Source: Candidatus Saccharimonadota bacterium (GTDB taxonomy: Bacteria > Patescibacteriota > Saccharimonadia > Saccharimonadales > Saccharimonadaceae). Taken from it: a DNA stretch of 32,000 nucleotides. Numbering within the stretch: position 1 is the stretch's first letter; each line of letters opens with the position of its first letter. The stretch is from contig CP075337.1 in NCBI GenBank assembly GCA_025349965.1, positions 720,001-752,000 on the forward strand. The letters run 5' to 3'. Made by a program: the position numbers and the translations under genes. This document shows, piece by piece, positions 8,248 through 15,676 of this stretch. The notes under the pieces were generated by a model. The model had not been told where the DNA came from, did no database searches, and saw only the letters and a program-made list of their open reading frames with translations.

Positions 8248-8853
8248 TCATGAAGCATTCAAAGTTTGCGCAATATGCTCCACGTCCTTTAGTGTTATAC
8301 CCCTATGCGAGCGAGGCGCCACAAGCAACATGCCTCCTCCAAGCTCGGCCTGTTCAACATTGGTGTATTCAAGCTGCGTGATATGGTCGTCAATCCAGAA
8401 CCCTCGCACTCCTACGGCCCCCAATCGTCGTCCCATTACGGGAGTCATCACACCTCCTCGCTCAAGCTTAGGCGCCACAGTCTCCCCACTCCGATCGCCC
8501 CAATGTCGCATCACCGCTTCATACTTCAAGTGGATCGAGCCTGGACGGACCTCATCAATAAAAAGAGCGCCCTGCATGTTGAGCGCTTCTACGATGGGAC
8601 GATACTGCTCGTTCGATATAAAATCCATCATACGCGACGAAGATGATAACACCAGCGAATCAGCCAAAGCGCTCCCCAGCGCTTCGATAACCTCTGGGTA
8701 ATAATATTCTATGGAATTCAACCAAACCTTATCAAGTGCCTCATTCGGGTTTTGATCATCATAGTACGGCTCCGGGTTGAAGCAAGGAAGAATAACACCA
8801 TCTATATCGATATAGGCGGTTGAGTGATACTCCCTCGGCTCAATCGTCTCCAT
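8248..8853 (-). CDS. HAD-superfamily-like hydrolase (hypothetical)
   Basis: Motif I YIDIDGVILP (DxDxV). Candidate motif II LVLSSSS. Candidate motif IV FWIDDH. Function otherwise unknown. Confidence 0.5.
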   Translation of the reverse strand: METIEPREYHSTAYIDIDGVILPCFNPEPYYDDQNPNEALDKVWLNSIEYYYPEVIEALGSALADSLVLSSSSRMMDFISNEQYRPIVEALNMQGALFIDEVRPGSIHLKYEAVMRHWGDRSGETVAPKLERGGVMTPVMGRRLGAVGVRGFWIDDHITQLEYTNVEQAELGGGMLLVAPRSHRGITLKDVEHIAQTLNAS

Positions 8854-8894
8854 ACCATTACGCTACAGGAAGAGGCTGAGGGTGGGCTGAGAAA

Positions 8895-11159
8895 TTACTC
8901 CTCTTCAGTGCCACCAAAGACTTCCTCGAGGCTGGAGACAAGCACGTCGCGAGGACGAGAGCCGTCTGCTGCACCAATGATGCCGGCCTCTTCCATCTCT
9001 TCAATCAAGCGTGCTGCACGAGCGTAGCCAACACGGAGACGTCGCTGCAGAAGGCTGGCGCTTGCCTTGCCACCCTCAACAACAACGCGAACGGCATCTT
9101 TGTACATATCATCGCCGCCGCCTGCGCCGCCATCAAAGTCCATCACTACACCGCCCTTGCCGTTCAACTGCACTGGCTGACTAACAACTTCGTCATTGTA
9201 CTGCGGCGGTGATTGCTGGCGAAGATGGTCGGTAATCTTTAAGACTTCGTCATCTGTCACCCAAGCACCCTGAATACGCTTTGGCTTCGGAAGCGCGGCG
9301 GTAGACATGAGCATGTCACCCATACCAAGCAGCTTTTCTGCGCCAATTTGGTCGAGAATCGTACGAGAGTCTACTTGAGAAGCCACCGTAAAGGCAATAC
9401 GCGCCGGCACGTTAGCCTTAATAAGACCAGTAATAACGTCAACTGATGGACGCTGAGTTGCCAGCACCAGGTGGATACCTACAGCACGAGCCTTCTGGGC
9501 GAGACGGACAATCAAAGCCTCAACGTCACGAGCCGCTACCATCATGAGGTCGGCCAACTCGTCAATCACCACAACAATGTACGGCATTGCGCCATTCTCG
9601 TGTTGTTGTTCGGCACCTTCTTCATCCTGAACGGTAATCTTTTTACCACTCTTTTGAATCATGGCATTGTATGACTTAATTTCACGCACCTTATGTTCGG
9701 CAAGCAGCTTGTAGCGTCGCTCCATTTCATTCACCGCCCACTTAAGCGCACTAATCGTCTTTTCAGGGTCATTGATAACTGGTGTGAGAAGATGCGGAAT
9801 GTCTTCGTAGGGAGCCATTTCCACCTGCTTTGGGTCAACCAGGATAAGCTTCATCTCACTTGGGCTGTTGCGGTACAAAAGACTTGAGAGCAGCGTATTA
9901 ATCATCACTGACTTACCGGAACCAGTTTGCCCGGCAATGAGAAGGTGTGGCATCTTATTAAGCTCACCAACAACCGCTTGACCGGAGATGTCTTTACCAA
10001 TCGCGAATGAAAGTGGCTCGTGACCACCCTGCCACTGCTTGCTTGTAAGAATTGAGCGAAGACGCACATCAGCCGCACGACGGTTTGGCACCTCAATGCC
10101 AACAGCCTTTTGACCAGGAATTGGCGCTTCCATGCGAAGACTTGTTGCGGCAAGGTTCAAGGCAATGTTTGTCTCAAGCTGCGTAATGCGCGTCAGCTTT
10201 ACACCACTTGGCGGACGAAGGGTGTACTGCGTCACCTTTGGACCAATGTTCGCACCCTCCATTTCAACTGAAATATTAAATTCCCCTAAGGTATCCTGAA
10301 TAATCTGCGCGTTCTGCTGTACGTTACCGGCATCCGCTGGAGACTCTTTCTTCTCTAGCAACTCAATACTCGGCGCCTGCCAGTTAGGGTCGTTCACTGT
10401 CACAAGTGCTGCACGCTCTTCGGCGGCCTTATCTTTAGCAACACTATTCTTGAGTGAGCTGAGTTGCGGAGATTTCTTCTCCTTCTTCTCTTCTTCGGCC
10501 GGGTCAAGTGTTGGCACACCAGCATTAAGCTTGAAGCCAGACTTTTCGTCCTTCTTCTTGGTGTCGAGCGCGGCAGCTTTGCGCATCACCTTGACGTTAT
10601 CATCCTGATCGGCACGGTCTCCGCGGATCATTTCCCAGAACTTAGTAATAATAGCTTTCGGTGAAGCACTGGTAATAAAGATTGCTGTAATGAGGATGAG
10701 AATGACGTAAAGAAGCGCCGCCACACCGGGGTTGACCATAGCAAGCATGCCACTATTCACCGTATCGCCTACAAACCCACCGGTCGTAGTGCCGTCTGAA
10801 CGCTTGAGAAGACCGAACAGTCCAGAGAACCAGATAAGCGCGAGGGTCGATGCAAATTTCACTGCGAATGGAATGCGGTTCTCTTCAGCGCGGAACACTT
10901 CGACTGCAATGTAGATGAAAAGCACAGGTACCACGTAGACAGAGTAGCCTACTGTTGCAAGAATAGCCTGGAAGAGCCAGTCAAGCACAGGGCCGCCAAC
11001 GCTAAACCAACCAAGGATAAGAAGGAAAGAAAAAACGATAAGAAGAATTGCGCCAATTTGACGCCAGAACCCATCAGGCAACACATGTTGCGGCTGCGCT
11101 GACTGCTGTACCCTCTTTCGTGCTGAGCTTTTTGAGCTTCGTTTTTTCTTTTTAGCCAT
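8895..11159 (-). CDS. ftsK: DNA translocase FtsK/SpoIIIE
   Basis: N-terminal TM helices, Walker A GQTGSGKS, motor domain, and a C-terminal gamma winged helix (SLLQRRLRVGYARAARLIEEME). Confidence 0.95.
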   Translation of the reverse strand: MAKKKKRSSKSSARKRVQQSAQPQHVLPDGFWRQIGAILLIVFSFLLILGWFSVGGPVLDWLFQAILATVGYSVYVVPVLFIYIAVEVFRAEENRIPFAVKFASTLALIWFSGLFGLLKRSDGTTTGGFVGDTVNSGMLAMVNPGVAALLYVILILITAIFITSASPKAIITKFWEMIRGDRADQDDNVKVMRKAAALDTKKKDEKSGFKLNAGVPTLDPAEEEKKEKKSPQLSSLKNSVAKDKAAEERAALVTVNDPNWQAPSIELLEKKESPADAGNVQQNAQIIQDTLGEFNISVEMEGANIGPKVTQYTLRPPSGVKLTRITQLETNIALNLAATSLRMEAPIPGQKAVGIEVPNRRAADVRLRSILTSKQWQGGHEPLSFAIGKDISGQAVVGELNKMPHLLIAGQTGSGKSVMINTLLSSLLYRNSPSEMKLILVDPKQVEMAPYEDIPHLLTPVINDPEKTISALKWAVNEMERRYKLLAEHKVREIKSYNAMIQKSGKKITVQDEEGAEQQHENGAMPYIVVVIDELADLMMVAARDVEALIVRLAQKARAVGIHLVLATQRPSVDVITGLIKANVPARIAFTVASQVDSRTILDQIGAEKLLGMGDMLMSTAALPKPKRIQGAWVTDDEVLKITDHLRQQSPPQYNDEVVSQPVQLNGKGGVVMDFDGGAGGGDDMYKDAVRVVVEGGKASASLLQRRLRVGYARAARLIEEMEEAGIIGAADGSRPRDVLVSSLEEVFGGTEEE

Positions 11160-11168
11160 AACTTTATT

Positions 11169-11243
11169 AGTATACCACTAGTGGGCAGTGCTTTGCCCCT
11201 GTTGTTATAACTTTATTGTAGCATATTTTACTACGTTTTGCAA
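11169..11243 (-). promoter_or_regulatory. Two promoter-like elements upstream of ftsK: distal TTGCAA-17-TGC TACAAT (11215-11243) and proximal TGGTATACT (11169-11177) 9 nt from the ATG
   Basis: Minus strand: TTGCAAAACGTAGTAAAATATGCTACAAT ... CCACTAGTGGTATACT AATAAAGTT ATG. Confidence 0.5.
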
Positions 11244-11252
11244 GGGACTTCC

Positions 11253-12011
11253 TTAGTAGTAGTTGACTGTCACGCCTGGATCAAAAGGATTCCCAAAAAC
11301 AGAATTGGCATTAATTGTTACACTCGTAAGCGCATTTCCAGTAAACGCATAGGCGCCGATGTATGTTACGGTCTGCGGGATGGTTGCACTCGTCATGCCA
11401 TTACCCTGAAAGGCATTGTCAAAGATATGCGTGACCGTACTTGGCAACACCACGGAAGTAAGCCCTTTACCCGCCATGGCAGCATATTCTATTGTCGTTA
11501 TTGTCTCACCTTCGATAACAGATGGGATGATCACATTTCTGGGACAGGCTGGATTGGCTGGATTATTGCCTTGATAATCAAAGTAGTCATATATAGCATC
11601 CGCTACAGTAGAGAAACAGCTTTCTGCTGTTGGTCCAGCCACAAGAGGCGTACACGCACCTTCAGTCACAACCCCCTTTTCGGTCATACTAAACTGGATG
11701 TCTTTTGCGGTAGATTTTGCATCGACACAAAAAGTAGCGCCATTTGCACTATAGGTAAACTGTGTTTTGTCAGTGTCACCAACCTCCACCTGTCCGAGTG
11801 ATGCAGGGAGTTCACCCTTTTGCGCTTGATAGCTTAGAATTTTAGTATGCGCCGTTTTGAGGTCCGCCTTTACGGCAGTCTTGTGAGCTTGGTTTGTAAT
11901 ACCGTTATAAGAGACGACAATAATCACTGCAAGAATTGCAATGACGACTATAACGATAAGAAGCTCAATAATTGTAAAGCCAGGCAGTGCTTTTCGTGTC
12001 TGGTTTGTCAT
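11253..12011 (-). CDS. Modular type IV pilin: class III signal peptide + pilin head + C-terminal BspA-like leucine-rich-repeat module
   Basis: Prepilin motif KALPG/FTIIELLIVIVVIAILAVI (Glu at +5). Cys-Cys loop FCVDAK...EGAC. C-terminal repeats ITTIEYAAMAGKGLTSVVLPSTVTHIFDNAFQGNGMTSATIPQTVTYIGAYAFTGNALTSVTI. Confidence 0.8.
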   Translation of the reverse strand: MTNQTRKALPGFTIIELLIVIVVIAILAVIIVVSYNGITNQAHKTAVKADLKTAHTKILSYQAQKGELPASLGQVEVGDTDKTQFTYSANGATFCVDAKSTAKDIQFSMTEKGVVTEGACTPLVAGPTAESCFSTVADAIYDYFDYQGNNPANPACPRNVIIPSVIEGETITTIEYAAMAGKGLTSVVLPSTVTHIFDNAFQGNGMTSATIPQTVTYIGAYAFTGNALTSVTINANSVFGNPFDPGVTVNYY

Positions 12012-12020
12012 ATCTCCTCA

Positions 12021-12029
12021 AGTATACCA
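12021..12029 (-). promoter_or_regulatory. Extended -10 TGGTATACT 9 nt upstream of the pilin ATG 12011
   Basis: Minus strand: TTATGGTATACT TGAGGAGAT ATG. Confidence 0.5.
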
Positions 12030-12030
12030 T

Positions 12031-12062
12031 AAGCAAAACCCCTCCATACAGAAGGGGTTTTT
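12031..12062 (-). terminator. Rho-independent terminator after RNase J
   Basis: Minus-strand RNA CCCCUUC-UGUAU-GGAGGGG (one G.U pair) followed by UUUUGCUU. The same position is a C/A mismatch if read on the plus strand, which supports minus-strand function. Confidence 0.7.
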
Positions 12063-12075
12063 GTCTTTGCTCGAA

Positions 12076-14274
12076 CTAATATCCGCGCATATCGGTTTTC
12101 GCCTTCGGCTCAACCGTTTCGGTATCTGGTACCATTGGCGCTGGGAATTTCTTTGGCGCTGGGCGCTTGAATGGACGATCTTGCTGACCAGCATTTTGAA
12201 GCTGGTTTTCACGATTCTCACCGCGCGATGCGCCATTTTGTGGCTGGCGACCACGACCATTTTGTGGCTTATCGCTGCCGTTTGAACGGTTTCCACCGCC
12301 ACCAATTTCGTTCACCACAGGAATCACAATCGGTGTACGGCGTGTCTGGTCATAAAGAATGTGCGTCAGCTCGTCCTTGATTTCCTTCTTCACTACGTCA
12401 AGGTCAACCTTACGACCGCTGAATGTACGTGCAACCTTCTGCTTAAGATACTGGCGAATGATGCCCATGAGCTCTTCGCTATCGCGGAGGTAAATGAACC
12501 CGCGGCTGATGATGTCTGGGCTTGTCATAAGACGACCACTTCCCTTTTGTACCGTCAGTACGACTACGAACATACCTTCGTTTGACATGTGGATACGGTC
12601 CTTAAGTACAACCTCTGAAACAATCTCGCCAGAGTCATCATACATCACACCGCCGACTGATACACGACCAGCCTTCTTAGCGGCACCGTCGGCGATTTCA
12701 ATCACATCACCAGCATCACATACAAAAATGTTCTTACGTGGAATTGCACATTCCTTTTCCGCAAGCTCGGCGTTGTGAACAAGCATGTGGAACTCACCGT
12801 GAATTGGCATGTAGTAGGTTGGGTTGAGCGCGTTAATGAGCTTCACGTGGTCATCATAATAGCCGTGACCAGACATGTGGAGTGGACCAACACCAGTTAG
12901 GTGAGACTTACCGTTCTGGATAACACCTGAACCTTCACGCATGAGGCCGTCAATTGTTCGCACAACGTACTTTTCGTTGCCTGGAATTGGGTTTGAGCTG
13001 AGTACAACGATATCAGAGTTTTTAATCTTAATGTGCTTGTGCGCACCACTTGCCATGCGGTTAAGTACCGCGTTAAATTCACCCTGTGAACCCGTACAGA
13101 CAATTGTCACCTTCCCATCAGGGAACTTAACGATATCTTCCATTTTGACAATAACGTCTTTTGGAACAGTAATTGTACCCGTACGAAGCGCTACTTCAAT
13201 GTTCTGAATCATGCTGTATCCAGCAAAGGCAACCTTACGACCCTTCTTCTTTGCTGCATCAAGAATAAGCTGCATACGGTGAATCTGGCTACTAAAGCTA
13301 CTGATAATAAGACGGTTTGACTCGTACTTATCCATAATCTGCTCGATACTTGCCTGCACATCAAACTCACCGTGATGGTGTGTTCCTTCAGACTCACAGT
13401 TGGTTGATTCGTTCATTAGAAGCGTGATGCCTTCGGTGGTTGCAATCTCAGTAAGACGCTCAAGGTCAAACTTCACGCCGTCAACAGGATTTTCTTCAAA
13501 ACGCCAGTCACCAGTGTCAACAAGAACACCTTCTGGAGTGCGCACAACCACAGCGGTTGCATCTGGGATTGAGTGGTTTACACGAACAAGCTCAATGCTG
13601 AAGTTATCACCAATATAGACACGCTCGTGAGCTTCTGGGTCCATAACGTGGTATTCAGGCTCATAGCCGCTGGTTGCTTCTTCCATAGTTTTTTGAACCA
13701 TAGCAAGGGTGAACTTAGAGCCGTAGACTGGCGCAGGAATTTGGTGAATAAGGTGGCGGAACGCGCCAATGTGATCAAGGTGTCCGTGCGTAAAGACAAC
13801 GGCACGGATCTTGTGCTTGTTTTCAATAAGGTAGCTAATGTCCGGCACGATGTAGTTAATACCTGGGTAATCTGAGCCCGGGAAGAGGAATCCCATATCA
13901 ATCACGATGATGTCGTTATCATACTCGATCGCCATCATGTTCTTACCAATACCCATTTCACCAAGACCACCAATTGGAATCACGCGGAGACGTGGACCAG
14001 GGTTGCGCGGCTGCTTCTTTTGGTCGGCCATGCTAAACTGGCGGCCGTCGTAGCCGTTGTAGATAGACTTGTTGACCGGTACGTTAATGACGTGCTGTGA
14101 TGCACGAAGATTTACATCATCGCTGGTGCGACGCTGCGCGCGGAAGACTTCACCGCGACGCGTCTGCGTGTTTGCAAGCACGGTGTTATTTTGCTTCTTC
14201 TGGTTGTTGTTACGCTGTGGACGCTGCTTTGAAGTGTCGTCCGATTGTGGAGTTGAGAGTCGTCGTTGACCCAT
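12076..14274 (-). CDS. rnj: Ribonuclease J (beta-CASP metallo-beta-lactamase) with basic low-complexity N- and C-terminal extensions
   Basis: LRVIPIGGLGEMGIGKNMMAIEYD, HGHLDHIG and the beta-CASP region. AAGGAG lies 9 nt before ATG 14274. The ORF-track start at 14319 is a TTG extension. Confidence 0.93.
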   Translation of the reverse strand: MGQRRLSTPQSDDTSKQRPQRNNNQKKQNNTVLANTQTRRGEVFRAQRRTSDDVNLRASQHVINVPVNKSIYNGYDGRQFSMADQKKQPRNPGPRLRVIPIGGLGEMGIGKNMMAIEYDNDIIVIDMGFLFPGSDYPGINYIVPDISYLIENKHKIRAVVFTHGHLDHIGAFRHLIHQIPAPVYGSKFTLAMVQKTMEEATSGYEPEYHVMDPEAHERVYIGDNFSIELVRVNHSIPDATAVVVRTPEGVLVDTGDWRFEENPVDGVKFDLERLTEIATTEGITLLMNESTNCESEGTHHHGEFDVQASIEQIMDKYESNRLIISSFSSQIHRMQLILDAAKKKGRKVAFAGYSMIQNIEVALRTGTITVPKDVIVKMEDIVKFPDGKVTIVCTGSQGEFNAVLNRMASGAHKHIKIKNSDIVVLSSNPIPGNEKYVVRTIDGLMREGSGVIQNGKSHLTGVGPLHMSGHGYYDDHVKLINALNPTYYMPIHGEFHMLVHNAELAEKECAIPRKNIFVCDAGDVIEIADGAAKKAGRVSVGGVMYDDSGEIVSEVVLKDRIHMSNEGMFVVVLTVQKGSGRLMTSPDIISRGFIYLRDSEELMGIIRQYLKQKVARTFSGRKVDLDVVKKEIKDELTHILYDQTRRTPIVIPVVNEIGGGGNRSNGSDKPQNGRGRQPQNGASRGENRENQLQNAGQQDRPFKRPAPKKFPAPMVPDTETVEPKAKTDMRGY

Positions 14275-14525
14275 AAACTTTGTTTCTCCTTTATTTATGA
14301 ATAAGAGTTCTTTTAGCAAATACTTTCTTATTTGGCACTAAAAGCTTTCTTTTTAATAATCAATGTAGGGTTTTTCAGGGTTCTCGTCTGTGTGCTTTGC
14401 GACTCATACTGCTTATTGCGAGTGGCGTTATGATTGAAAGTTTTGCGTAGTACTCACTCTCGATTTAGATGAGGTTGCCCTTTTGAAAGTAGTTTTATTA
14501 TAGCAAATAAGGGGTGTGGCGTCAA
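14275..14525 (-). promoter_or_regulatory. rnj promoter (TTGACG-16-TGC TATAAT at 14498-14525) and a 5' leader of about 215 nt
   Basis: Minus strand: TTGACGCCACACCCCTTATTTGCTATAAT, which overlaps the end of the udg CDS. No other ORF or RNA gene was recognised in the 217-nt gap. Confidence 0.6.
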
Positions 14526-14536
14526 TATTTAGCGAT

Positions 14537-15109
14537 TTAAATCTGCTTAATCACCTCTGGAACACGCAAAAAATCATCGATAAGCGTCTGGCGCATACCA
14601 CCGTTATACAATGCGGCGGCCGGATGGTAGAGCGGGACGATCACAAGCTTATGATCGCCGAAAGAGATGCGCTTTGCGTGTCCGTGTATTTGGCCTATTT
14701 TCTGGCCCGGCAAGAAATATTCCATACTATGACGCCCGAGCGTAATAATTACTTTTGGGTTAATAATTTCGATTTGACGAACGAGGTACGGCCAGAAAGC
14801 AGCTTTCTCTTCTGGAAGTGGATCGCGATTGTTAGGCGGACGATACTTTACGATGTTGGTAATGTAGACATCGCTGCGGTCCATATCCGCCTCGGCAAGC
14901 ATTGCGTTAAGAAATTTCCCAGCCGCCCCAACAAAGGGAAGGCCTTGCTCGTCTTCATTCTTCCCCGGTGCCTCACCAATAAACACAATATCTGCATTCG
15001 GGTTTCCATCACCCATAACGAGCTGGGTAGCCTGCTCTTTAAGCTCAGGGCAAACGCCCTGCGTAATAATCTCCGCCTCAAGTGCCTGTAACTTCTCGTA
15101 CTGGTTCAT
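14537..15109 (-). CDS. Uracil-DNA glycosylase, family 4
   Basis: Family-4 signature IVFIGEAPGKNEDEQGLPFVGAAGKFL and C-terminal HPAAALY. Confidence 0.9.
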   Translation of the reverse strand: MNQYEKLQALEAEIITQGVCPELKEQATQLVMGDGNPNADIVFIGEAPGKNEDEQGLPFVGAAGKFLNAMLAEADMDRSDVYITNIVKYRPPNNRDPLPEEKAAFWPYLVRQIEIINPKVIITLGRHSMEYFLPGQKIGQIHGHAKRISFGDHKLVIVPLYHPAAALYNGGMRQTLIDDFLRVPEVIKQI

Positions 15110-15126
15110 ATGTCCCCTTTTACTCC

Positions 15127-15139
15127 ATTATGTCATACT
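15127..15139. promoter_or_regulatory. Bidirectional promoter: overlapping extended -10 boxes on opposite strands (plus TGTCATACT, minus TGACATAAT)
   Basis: ATTATGTCATACT read on the plus strand gives TG-T-CATACT, 6 nt before ATG 15146. Read on the minus strand it gives TG-A-CATAAT, 17 nt before the udg ATG 15109. Confidence 0.45.
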
Positions 15140-15145
15140 GAATTT

Positions 15146-15676
15146 ATGCAATCTACAGAAACACCTGCAGGCAATGTACATAAAAAGGCTCTCCCCGTTT
15201 GGCGCTACACGGGTAGTGGGTGGCTGCTTGGTTTTTCTACCTTTGGCACCGAACCCGGATTTATCGTCTGGGATGAAGCGACAGGTATGCTTAATATTAC
15301 CTCTATGGATGGAATGTCTCTGGCTTCAACACATGCGCGTGACGTGAAGTCGTCTTTTCTTGGGAGCGATGGTGAGTATACACTTCGCTTCAGCCAAGGT
15401 GTGTATCGATTCAAGATTCGCGGCAAGAGCGCAAGCAAAGGTTTCGGCGCAAAAGTAACCGACATTGCAGATACCTTCCTGTTTGAGGAAATAGGTGCGT
15501 CGTATCTTGATGAGAAAGGTCTTGCAGATGAGCTCAACAGATTCCTCATTTCACATAGCGCGGCTGGCGAGCGGGCATTTCATTATCGCCGTAAATTAAG
15601 CTTGAAAGCAACTGTACTTATAGCACTTGCTGCTGTGGCGATGTTCGTAATTATCGGCTTCTTTAGCAAACACTAA
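15146..15676 (+). CDS. Hypothetical tail-anchored membrane protein (176 aa; alternative start 15110)
   Basis: ORF with no recognisable motifs except the C-terminal TM helix LKATVLIALAAVAMFVIIGFF. The start at 15146 fits the -10 box spacing. The start at 15110 would abut the udg start (CATATG). Confidence 0.55.
   Translation: MQSTETPAGNVHKKALPVWRYTGSGWLLGFSTFGTEPGFIVWDEATGMLNITSMDGMSLASTHARDVKSSFLGSDGEYTLRFSQGVYRFKIRGKSASKGFGAKVTDIADTFLFEEIGASYLDEKGLADELNRFLISHSAAGERAFHYRRKLSLKATVLIALAAVAMFVIIGFFSKH

Noticed and set aside
14516-15091. 191-aa plus-strand ORF covering almost the whole udg locus.
   Set aside because: The minus-strand frame carries the unmistakable family-4 UDG signature (GEAPG...PFVGAAG). 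The plus-strand ORF is its antisense shadow.
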